The notes beneath the pieces are model-generated. The model was not told the DNA's origin and made no database searches. It worked only from the letters and a program-made list of their open reading frames with translations. Shown piece after piece: positions 1 through 10,051 of a DNA stretch of 63,769 nucleotides. Source of the stretch: Eremomyces bilateralis CBS 781.70. Lineage: Eukaryota. The position numbers and the translations under genes are program-made. The stretch lies in NCBI GenBank assembly GCA_010015585.1, contig ML975164.1; one strand, given 5' to 3'. Positions within the stretch are counted from its first letter, which is position 1, and every line of letters begins with the position of its first letter.

Positions 1-388
1 ATTTGCGGTAGTATTTGGACCCCCGGAGCGCGCGTTTGACGGTCGACTTGGACGGGGTGCCTTGGTCGCATGTGAGGGACCGCGCCAGCTCGTTGTGCGT
101 GACCTTCGGGTTTTTTTTAATTTGTTGTTGAAGATATCGGAAGTCAGGTTCCGTGATCATCTTGGTACGGTGTCCTTTTGGGAGAGACTTGAATGTTCGT
201 TGCGTACGGAACTTCTCAATTGTATAGTCGATGGTTGAGGGCGAGCATCCGACCTCGCGCGCAATCGCTCGTTTAGACATTAAGCCCGCGTCGACCATTG
301 CAATGATTGCAGATCGCTGTTCTGGCGTAAGATCTGCATCCTTACGCCGATTCCCGCTAATTTCACCCAAAATTGAGCGTTCCATCAT
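1..388 (-). mobile_element. Tc1/mariner-superfamily DNA transposon, N-terminal part of transposase (runs off window edge)
   Basis: Manual translation from the ATG at 388 is open to base 1: MMERSILGEISGNRRKDADLTPEQRSAIIAMVDAGLMSKRAIAREVGCSPSTIDYTIEKFRTQRTFKSLPKGHRTKMITEPDFRYLQQQIKKNPKVTHNELARSLTCDQGTPSKSTVKRALRGSKYYRK. It shows two HTH modules separated by a GRPR-like linker, as in Tc1/Tc3 DNA-binding domains. The DDE domain lies outside the window. Confidence 0.85.
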
Positions 389-826
389 TAAAATTGATGA
401 AGATATTGATCATCTAAGATCTAGAGTCGTTTTGACGCGTCTCGTGGTTGTTGGGGCCTGTGCACGATTTGACCGGATTACTCTGACCCCTCACAGTATA
501 GTGACGCCACCAAATTCATTGCTGCGCTATCCTTGTACGGAGCAATCAATGTATGAATGTATCCAGAACGGGCGAACGGGCGTTCTCTCACCGCAACGCT
601 TCCAATCGTGCCTGCAGACCAAATAATGTTACCAGGCCTGGAGATTGGTGGTGGTGTCTGCCCTCTCGTAGTGATAAGGAACAGTATAAGTTGAATCTCT
701 TCCATGGGAGCATAGCCTGTGCAGGTAAACACCATTTATACACAATACTTTGTTCCTGCCCCTCGTTGTCCCCCTTCACAGTATTAACTCCTTCCAGATA
801 TAGATGCCATGACTTCATTAAACAGA

Positions 827-2566
827 ATGAGGGGACTGAATGACATCTATCAGCTGGGAGACCCCTCCAGGATCGTACGGATCTTGTCAGCCATAGCATT
901 GCTGGTATGTGCCGCAACCTTATCGAGAACCGTTTCTCGTGGTTTCCAGCTGCTGATAATCGACGGAGTGCATAGGCAATCCTCTATCCCTTTGCTCTTG
1001 CCGTGTATAACTTATATCTTCATCCACTTCGCAAGGTCCCCGGACCCAAACTTGCAGCAGCAACCAAACTACCCAAGATATGGCACCTGGCACGCGGCGG
1101 GACCCTCCACTGGATCACCCAGGTACACCACGAGTACGGTCCCATTGTGCGTGTCGGTCCAAACGAACTTAGCTTCATCGATGCGCAGGGCTGGAAAGAT
1201 ATCTACGGTTTCCAGCCAGCAGGCAAGGCTGGGAACGCCAAAGATCCAAAGTTTTACGACTTCGCTTCCGTGGACGAGACGAACCTCGTCAATGCCAATG
1301 ATCAAGATCACGCGCGGACGCGCCGTATCTTTTCCAACGCCTTCTCTGACAAGGCGCTGAAGGAGCAGGAGCCGCTTTTGATGAAGTATGTTGACCTCAT
1401 GGTGCAAAAGTTACATGAGAAGGTGGAGGCGGAACCAGACGAGAAGGTAAATATGGTGGAGATTCTCAATTTTACCACTTTCGATATAATGGGTATGGTC
1501 CGCTTCTACCTGCTGTCAACACATCGCTCACCAGCCGAACTCAGGGGATCTTACCTTCGGCGAACCCCTCTACATGCTCCAAAACTCCAAGTACACCCCT
1601 TGGGTCACCACCATATTTAACAGCCTGAAGGCAACAACTATGCTCCAGGCGATATCATTTTTACCCGTAGTATCTAGCCTCGTCAACCTTCTCTTAGGCC
1701 GCTTCATCATCCATGCGCGTAACGTCCACTTCAGATACTCTACCGATCGCGTCGACCGCCGTCTTGTCACGCAAACCGACCGCCCCGACATATGGACCCT
1801 GGTGCTACGCCAGGTGGGAGAAAAGGCACTGAGTTTGGGTGAGATGCACGCCAATGCTGACTTGTTCATGATTGCGGGCACGGAGACGACGGCGACGCTG
1901 CTCAGCGGCCTCCTTTACTATCTTCTAATGAATCCAGAGAAGATGAAGAAACTCAAAGACGAGATTCGAAGCGCCTTTCAGTCGCAGCAGGACATTAGAA
2001 TGGGTGGTTTGGTTCGGCTCAAGTACCTTCACGCTTGCATTGAAGAAGGCCTCCGCATGTATCCGCCGGCGCCCACAGGACTTCCAAGATTGACACCACC
2101 TGGAGGAACCGCTATTTGCGGCGAATGGGTTCCAGGGAACGTAAGTGCGGACAGAAAGGCATCTTATCATTTCTGACCTTCTCCTAGACCACTGTCTACG
2201 TGACACCATTCACTGCATTCCGTTCAGCCACCAACTTCCGCAATCCGGGCGATTTTATTCCTGAACGGTGGATTTCATCCGACTACGATTCGGATAACAA
2301 GAGCGTGCTACAGCCGTTCTCTGTTGGCCCGCGCAATTGCATCGGCAAGAAGTATGTTCCATTGGCTGATTCCGTCCAACTGGATGCGGTAGTTCTGACT
2401 GTTTGATAGCCTTGCCTATCACGAGATACGGCTTCTCCTGGCAACGACGTTGTATCATTTTGATATGACTCTCTGCGACGAAAGCATGAACTGGTGTGAC
2501 CAGAAGGTCTTTGCGCTTTGGGAGAAGCCGCCACTTATGGTAAATCTGGCGTTGGCGGGTCGCTAA
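827..2566 (+). CDS. Cytochrome P450 monooxygenase (CYP65/Tri11-like), 5 exons: ~827-904, 976-1492, 1545-2140, 2188-2351, 2410-2566; start could be 809
   Basis: YGPIVRVGPNELSF, I-helix AGTETT, ExxR (EGLR), PERW and heme motif FSVGPRNCIG; GT-AG introns join the ORF pieces in frame. Confidence 0.93.
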
Positions 2567-2981
2567 GGGGTAATCATAGCTAACCTTCAGATGATGAAAT
2601 TTAAATGCATTGAAGCTATTTATGCTACATTGAGTGTGATAATGGGAAAATAGCGGGAATAGCATGCTCTCTAATTCTTCGCTTCCATACTAATTACTCC
2701 GTATACTGTCCATTGTCATACTCGTCAACTCCTTATCTACGATTGCTTCGCTCATAAGACTATCTGGGACTTTGGAAATTAGGTAGTAGCTCTGAGTCTT
2801 GAGACCATACCTCCAGAGTTCCGAAACCTTTGACGCAGGGTCACAGCAAGCTCCCTAAGCTTCACCGCATATGGATTTGCATTGAGTCTACTCATCTCCC
2901 CCAGGAGCATCTGATACCTTCACTAATTTCGAGGGACACTGCACCCAGTAACCCTTAGCGAAATCGGCCATGTAGCGTTCT

Positions 2982-4043
2982 TCACTTCAGGTATTCGCGG
3001 AGCATGTCGATCGCACCAGGAGTCTCCGCCCAGGAATTGTAGCTTTGCTGCACAGTAAGGTTCGCGTGCGCCTTCGATCCAGGCGCGTACATTTCCGGGA
3101 CTGAAGCCAGTGCTTCACGAGGAGAAAGCATAGCGGGCCAGAAGAACTCGTTCATCTTCGCGATATTTTGGATGAGGCCCTGAACCTGCCTCTCGAGCTT
3201 GATTATCTGCACACTGTGATCTCCACTGGCCATCATTTCCGGGTTTCCGGTCACGATTGAGCTGGTGACAAGTTTTCGAACTTCTTCGTTGGCGGTCGGA
3301 GGTGCTTTGCCTCCAGCGGAAGCCGTTGCATGATCCAAGGCGCGGAGACTTTGGAGAAGTCGAATTTTCAGTAGTGTGACCGCCGCAGCGTTTGATATAC
3401 CGACTCCGAAGTGTGTGTCGAAATAGTCAGCCTCCTCGAACGCGTCAGCGCCCTTCACATCAAGGTAGGGATTGTCCATGTTTCCCCAATCGTAGGTGCT
3501 TGACTGGCCAGTGGTCTGCCACCATTTAACAAAATCGTAGCAGTCCTGGTCACGCCCCAGACGCAGATATAGCGACGGCATGTAGTCCCGTACCCCTAAG
3601 TTGTCGCCACGACAGAGTTGGAGCATGCCTTCAAGGTGACCCAAAGCAGCTCCTACAGCTGGATAAGTCTTGACTTGCAAGAACTGCTCTACCAGCGTAA
3701 ACCGTGCGCGCATGTACGGGCGGGTGGACTGGATTTTCCAGAACTTCCCTTTGTACGTATCGAAGATATTGGTGAGCTCTTTGTTATTGCCGTGCCAGTC
3801 GAAGCCGTCCTTTTCGAGAGCATTGGGCAGATCGCTCTTGATACGCTCATATGACGTGCGAAATGCCTTGATAGCTTTGCAACCCGATTTGTGGGCGGGC
3901 CAATGGATGGCCTGGTGCTCAGAGCCGCAATAGTGGAGGATCCTACAACCCGAACATAGGGAAAGGTCGGTCGTGGAACCACACAAGACACATTCTGGCT
4001 CGAGGGGAGCACACTCTGCGCTTTCTCCTGGGAGGGAAGACAT
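2982..4043 (-). CDS. MYND-type zinc finger protein (fungal family), 353 aa, intronless
   Basis: CxxC...CxxC...YCxxxHQxxHWxxHKxxC MYND motif; C-terminal motifs PSLYLRLGRDQDCYDF and WAETPGAID are shared with the paralog at 28345-29481. Confidence 0.85.
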   Translation of the reverse strand: MSSLPGESAECAPLEPECVLCGSTTDLSLCSGCRILHYCGSEHQAIHWPAHKSGCKAIKAFRTSYERIKSDLPNALEKDGFDWHGNNKELTNIFDTYKGKFWKIQSTRPYMRARFTLVEQFLQVKTYPAVGAALGHLEGMLQLCRGDNLGVRDYMPSLYLRLGRDQDCYDFVKWWQTTGQSSTYDWGNMDNPYLDVKGADAFEEADYFDTHFGVGISNAAAVTLLKIRLLQSLRALDHATASAGGKAPPTANEEVRKLVTSSIVTGNPEMMASGDHSVQIIKLERQVQGLIQNIAKMNEFFWPAMLSPREALASVPEMYAPGSKAHANLTVQQSYNSWAETPGAIDMLREYLK

Positions 4044-4823
4044 TGTGGCAATGAGTTGACTTCTAAGGATAAACAGTATGTTAGCAGATTATAATCGACA
4101 TCCATAGCATGGAAGAAATTGGTTAAACGCCATTCCATCTGTGCTATATTAATAGTAGACAATCATTACCTGAGACTTTGCTCCAGGGGAATTCAGTGAA
4201 ATTTTGAAATCTCTCGACCCTGTAGTAAACGGGACTGCAGAATGGATATCCGATTGAATATTGAAGTTCAAGAGCAGTCGGTATATTGGAATTGGCGCCG
4301 AAATATTCAGTATTAGGTGTTGCTTGGAAAACGGAAAAACAGCTAAATCCCAGCATGCGGCTAAAAGACGCGGTGAGCTAGTTGTACTACCAAGAAGCAT
4401 AACTACTGACTAACTTAGCTAAATCTAGATTAGCTTGACACGATCTGGACGCGGTTGCACGTGCAGAGCATATGTCCATCGCCAGTTCGCCACCCACTTT
4501 ATGAAAGCAGTCTGAAACCATTCCAACCTTTAATCACTATTAAGGGTTCAATAAATGGCTGGCAATGACGTGAGACGTCCAAGTGGATTCTAACCGATAT
4601 ATGCACACCCGCTACATAGCCTAGGAGTAATGACCTGGTGTTTATTCGCCCTAAATTTCCCTTCGTTTCCCAACAGGATGTGGCATATTGGCCAGGTTAC
4701 TGCTAGCAAGCATGATTGATCCCTAAACTCGTTAAGGAGCGCTGAAGAAGAGTAGCAGACGATGAGGTATATCCTACAGTACTATCGGAGAGTACGACCA
4801 TGTGAAGTCCAGCGAACGATATT

Positions 4824-5280
4824 TACGTGAAGCACCCCAAACTCGCGAACGATGGTGATACAAAAGGGACTGTCGTGCATGCAGCGCTTTCGTTCCATGA
4901 AGCCGATATCCTGGAGCTTCTAATAAGAACTCCGCAGCCAAATATCGTTCGATATCACGGCTCCGTTGTCAAGAAGAATCGCATTCTCGACCTCGGATTG
5001 GAACGGGATAGCGAAAGGCTAGCCCAACGGCAGAAAGACAGTACATAAGATATCGGCAAAGATCAGTGCTTCAGTTCCATCAGTCAGTTGTTCGACAACT
5101 TTGATGGTCTAGCACAACGACCTCACTACATCGCATATCATGGTCGACAGAAATGATCTACCTATCATGGTTGATTTCGGATCTGGTGAGCCATTTGGAA
5201 GGAATTCGTCTCAGCAGACAATCTGGGATGGATCGAACGGGAGTATCCCACGTCGGAACAGCAGAGCATGACACGTATGC
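4824..5280 (+). pseudogene. Decayed small fungal protein-kinase-like gene
   Basis: Fragments YVKHPKL...EADILELLIRTPQPNIVRYHGSVVKKNRILDLGLER, then after a stop and frameshift (H)NDLTTSHIMVDRNDLPIMVDFGSGEPFG and GWIEREY. Kinase catalytic-loop and DFG remnants are spread over different frames. Confidence 0.7.
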
Positions 5281-5522
5281 CTCGGAGCAAAATTCAGGGC
5301 CGTATAAGTGACAGCTCCGGCGTACCTTCAGATATCGAGAATTAGGGGCTCATATAGAAATATCAAGAAGTGGTCGGCACATATCCTGTTAAGATCCTGA
5401 CGGATTGGCAATAGCCATGCTTTTTATCGAAGAAAATAGGATCCTCAGGACCGACCTAGAATTGTGCTTTTTCATCCAAAAGGAGAGACTCATAAGACGT
5501 GATATATAATTTGTTCAGCGAC

Positions 5523-6635
5523 TCATCCCGGTTGCATAATAGCTCTCACATCCCATATTAACACACGCTCGTCCCATCCACAACTCGCACACCATCCTTC
5601 AGCGCCAAACAGACACCAATCGACTCCCGTCACAAACTCCGTATGCCTCCCCATCCTCCCCATCTCTTTCCCAGGCCCAAGGAACGGCGCGTCAGGTTTT
5701 TGCATTCCTTGATCCACCCCCATCGCGCTCCCATCCGTCCACACCCGACAGGTCATGTCATAGCTCGCACTGAGCAACACGTCCGACAAATGCGGGCTCC
5801 ACGATATCTTCCGGACTGCATATTCGTGACCCGGAAGCACGGCGACAGGACCCTGCCCCGGCATGCGGATATCGAACGTCCGGATCGTCCGGTCCACGCC
5901 GGCCGTCGCGACGACTGTATCTCGGTATTTATTCCAGTCGTGCGTAAGCGCCTCGCTGGGCGGTATCCCCATCGGAGGCGCGCGACCAGGCATTGCTTTC
6001 GGCGGAGCGTGGATCGGGATGGCGGCGGTCAGGTGGTTGGAGGCGGAAGCGGGGGTTCGCAGATCGAAGAGTCGCAGGCATGAGTCGGAGCTGACGGCGC
6101 TGAGGACGGAGGGGTTGTGCGGTGAGAATTGAGCGGAGTAGGTGCAGCTATGGATGGGGAGGGTGAGGAGCGATGATTGGTGATCTGGGCGCCAGATCTT
6201 GACGGTACCGTCCCATGAGGAGGAGAGGAAGGTGTCTTTGTTGATGAGGTTCCAGTCGACGGAGAAGACTTCTCGTGCGTGCTCGCTCCAGCTGGCTATG
6301 GGGAAGGAATCTAGTGATATGTCGAATAGTTTGATCGAGCCGTCGCCGCCGGCTACGACGATTTGGTTTTCATGCGCTTCGGACCATGCCGTATCGAAGA
6401 GGGAATCCTGTGTGTCGAACCTGAACTGCTCAGCACCTGTCTCGCGGTGGTTTTACACAACCAACTCTCACCATTTCTCTGGGGCAGCGCCGTTGGCATT
6501 CAAGCCCAGCACATAAAGTCGGCCATTGCCAACCAGGCCAAAGTTTGCCGATGCCGCGACTGCTATGCGGGAGTCGAAGAATGGCGAATACTTGATGCTG
6601 TAGCCATTGAATCCTTGGGTTCGGAATTCAATCAT
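5523..6635 (-). CDS. PEX7: Peroxisomal PTS2 receptor, WD40 repeat protein; intron 6421-6471
   Basis: N-terminus MIEFRTQGFNGYSIKYSPFFDSRIAVAASANFGLVGNGRLYVL; WD repeats HDWNKY, GHEYAVRKISWSPH and HTEFVTGVDWCLFG. Confidence 0.96.
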
Positions 6636-6855
6636 TGTGGCTCACGGTTCTCCTGTCAACGGAGAGAACTGGTTTATCTACGCTGATCAAGCATACTGTC
6701 AATTGGACGACATGTGTAACTGCGGGGAGCTAAACTGTGACGTGGATAGTGTACATTCCGATTTCCAGACCAGATCAGATGCCTTCCGATAATGAACCGA
6801 GGCATAACATGGACAGAACCAGATCTGATGGATTTTAGACGCCAAGGCTCATTGA

Positions 6856-6894
6856 TACGGCGGACTGTTAATAGATGTGTAATAGTCCGCCGTA
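6856..6894. repeat. 15-bp inverted repeat (14/15 match, 9-nt spacer) in the PEX7/AlkB-like divergent promoter
   Basis: TACGGCGGACTGTTA-atagatgtg-TAATAGTCCGCCGTA read directly from the sequence. Confidence 0.85.
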
Positions 6895-7050
6895 ACAGGT
6901 CGATCGCACGTGTGTTCGTGTTGTGCTCGTGTTGCGCGCGTATTTCGGTCGGCTTGCTTTTAAACTGACCAACAATATCTCATCGAGTCATCTTTTCCGG
7001 ATTTTTGGAACTGGGACTTTAAAGCTTAAGAATGTTGTCGATCTGGGTCG

Positions 7051-8459
7051 ATGAAGAAGTGGTTGCCCTTTATGGAGCACTTCATATTAAGGAAACGCCG
7101 AAGAACAAGTCCGATCCAATATGAAAACAAAACTACGGAAGAAGAAGAGAGTACAGATTTCAAGCTCGCCATCCTCTGCTCTCAATATCCGGAACTTGAT
7201 GAATCTGCGTTATTGGAAACCTTACTGGCTTGTGAAGGGTCTGTGGAAGCGGCATCTGAAGCTCTAGAGCACGGGGATACGTTTCGATCGCCTAAGAAAA
7301 GAGACGGGAGCAGGGCTATACAATCTTCATTGTCGTCTTTTGGAATGCAAACCACCTCTGCTGGCCTATCTGCGACCCATGCTAAGAAGAAGCTAACTAG
7401 AAAGGGTCGTACACTCCATCTGTACGCTCCAGCAGACATTGAAGCTCATACGCCGTGCTCCATCATCCATAACTTTTTGCCAACTGAGGAGGCAGACGCC
7501 CTTCTAAAAGAGTTGCTCCAGGAGGCAGTTTCTTATCAGTCCGAGGTCTTCAAGCTTTTCGACAACGTCGTTCAATCTCCCCATACCAATTGCTTTTACG
7601 TCGACTCGTTGGAAGAAGCTCAACGCCAGAAGACAGAGTACACCTACAACGGCAGTCGAGTCAAAGATGTTCGAGAAATTACACCTGAAATGCGCAAAGT
7701 CAGAGCCAAAGTACAAAAAGCTGTCAATACCGAGATCGAGCGCCGTGTCCGCGACTATTACCCGGAAGGAAAGAAGCTGAAGTACCAGTCTCCTCATCCG
7801 TGGGAACCCAATGCAGCTTTTGTCAACTGCTATGACGGTCCTCATCAGAGCGTGGGGTATCATGCTGATCAGCTTACCTACTTGGGCCCTAGGGCAGTAA
7901 TCGGAAGTTTAAGCCTTGGTGTCGCACGCGAATTCCGAGTCCGGCGTGTGCTTGCAAAGGACGACGAATCTGAGTCGGACAATAAGACCTCCAAACCCAA
8001 CGAAAAACGCGCTGATGCCGAGGGTCAAATTGCCATTCATCTTCCTCACAATTCTCTACTAGTGATGCACGCCGAAATGCAAGAGGAATGGAAACATTCG
8101 ATCGCGCCAGCACAAGCGATTGATCCCCATCCACTGGCACAGAACAAGCGGATCAACGTCACTTACCGACACTACAAGAACTTCCTACATCCTAAATATA
8201 CACCTCTATGCAAATGCGGCGTGTCATGCATTTTGAGGTGTGCGATGAAGAAACCGGAGCATCGCGGTCGATACATGTGGATGTGCCATACCAATTATGC
8301 GCCAGGAAAGGAAGGGTATGTATGATTTGAACCAATATGAGTTGTCTATTGACATTGCATAGCTGCTCTTATTTCAAATGGGCCGAATTCAACGATGATG
8401 GAGAACCGGAGTGGGCCACTTCTGTTAACAGAGAGCAATCTAGCCCTAAAGAACAATGA
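7051..8459 (+). CDS. AlkB-family (ALKBH2/3-like) 2OG-Fe(II) dioxygenase with N-terminal CUE-like domain and C-terminal GRF zinc finger; intron 8316-8362; start may be 7072
   Basis: CUE-like KLAILCSQYPELDESALLETLLACEGSVEAA; HxD (YHADQL), distal His (WKHSI) and RINVTYR; GRF-like CKCG...RGRYMWMC...GCSYFKWA completed by the last exon. Confidence 0.88.
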
Positions 8460-10051
8460 GAAGGGGCACGATCCGTGTGTTGTCCTCGGCTAGCAATCTG
8501 TTCCGCTGATCGAGCAACCTATTGTTACCAATATCGAATGCTATAGCGGCATGTGCAAAAAGGTTTGCTGAAACCGAGAAAGCGTTCCTGATCCAATTGG
8601 GCATTGCGTTATCCTCATCCTTTTTCAATGGGCTCACTGCGCAAATATATCGAAATTGATGAATCCGGTGTTCACACGCCGCCACAGTACCAGCCTCAGT
8701 TCATGATCCGTGGTCCAAATTTGTTCATCGAATCTCTCGGCATCTATAATATATCTAACAATATAGTTGAGTTGCTCGAACGCGTGGACAATAACCAGGT
8801 CATATACCCAAGCCATAGCGTTTTCCCACCTTTTGGCAGTACGATGTACGATGGAATTGTGCGTGCCGGCACCCGAAAAGCTTGACAATAACTTTGTAGG
8901 ACTGGTTTCTGTGTTTATGAAATTCCAAACGCCGCCCCTGTTGGATTTGGTTCTCCATATGCGAAGACAGCCCCTTTGCCGATCTAGTCCTCCTCTGACT
9001 ATTTTTATTGATTTCACTTTCAACTCTTTTTCAAGGTGATATCGCAGTTATTAAACTTGCTCACACGTCAACTATTATCTGTCACTGAGTACTTTACCCC
9101 ACAGTCTTTATCGGGACGATTCTAATCTTGCGCATGAAGATGCTGCTACAGGACATTGCCGTCATTCCCCGGGATGAACTACGTCCTTCAGTGTGATTCT
9201 TTTTTGAGACATCTTCGGACCTTGTTAACTCAGGCTTATGGTGGGGTTGTTACACTCCTGTTACATGCAAAATGGTGTCCTGGGACCCCTGTTGAGGTTT
9301 GTTTTAAGTTTATATGAGCCGCGACCTATCAACTCAATCAACCCGGGAAATGCACAGACCCCATCATATATTGTTTCTTCGTCTAAATGATATCTATATT
9401 GATTTCTTTCTATTGTAATTGCAAAGGCTTAGCAAAACTAACATTGAGCAAATTTTGCCTCATATGGTTCATAGGACCCTCCTTCAAGCTTTGAGCCTAG
9501 TCTTCCGATTGAACGATGGCTTCCTAAGCAAAGCTTCTTTTATACAAGGCTTCCAATCTCGGCACATACTGGCCAATTGCGATTATGCCACGACTTCATG
9601 TACCGACGGATGGGAGGCGTCAGTTCTCTCGTTCCTTGCATTGCACACGATCTTTACCCCAGACGATGGATGATTCCTGGGTCTTAACTGGATCTTGACT
9701 TGGCATCCCGATTGTGCAAGTAATCTCGCACCCTGCTGTCGACTGTCGTACTCGGACAGCCGTACCGTCCACTAACCAAGTGCTACCCCATCTATCGCAG
9801 GGAGTTTGGTATTATAGTGTTAGTACGGGATGTTACATCCATCGTGGCAATGCCTGGCCTGAATGTCGATCATCCGTCACTGATATAATAACCCAATTCC
9901 CAATGGCTCCTTGGATCCCACTGATTCTTCCATTGTCTAGCTCCCTTCCACTCTTTCAAGGGTAATTTAGTTTTGATACGCCCTGGAGCTTTAACCAGTC
10001 ACTCACTACATTCCTTTCTAATTCTCTTGCGTGGCCGTATTCTACTTCATC

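Noticed and set aside
8446..9039. Overlapping 79-129 aa ORFs downstream of the AlkB-like gene
   Set aside because: No recognisable motifs or consistent exon structure.
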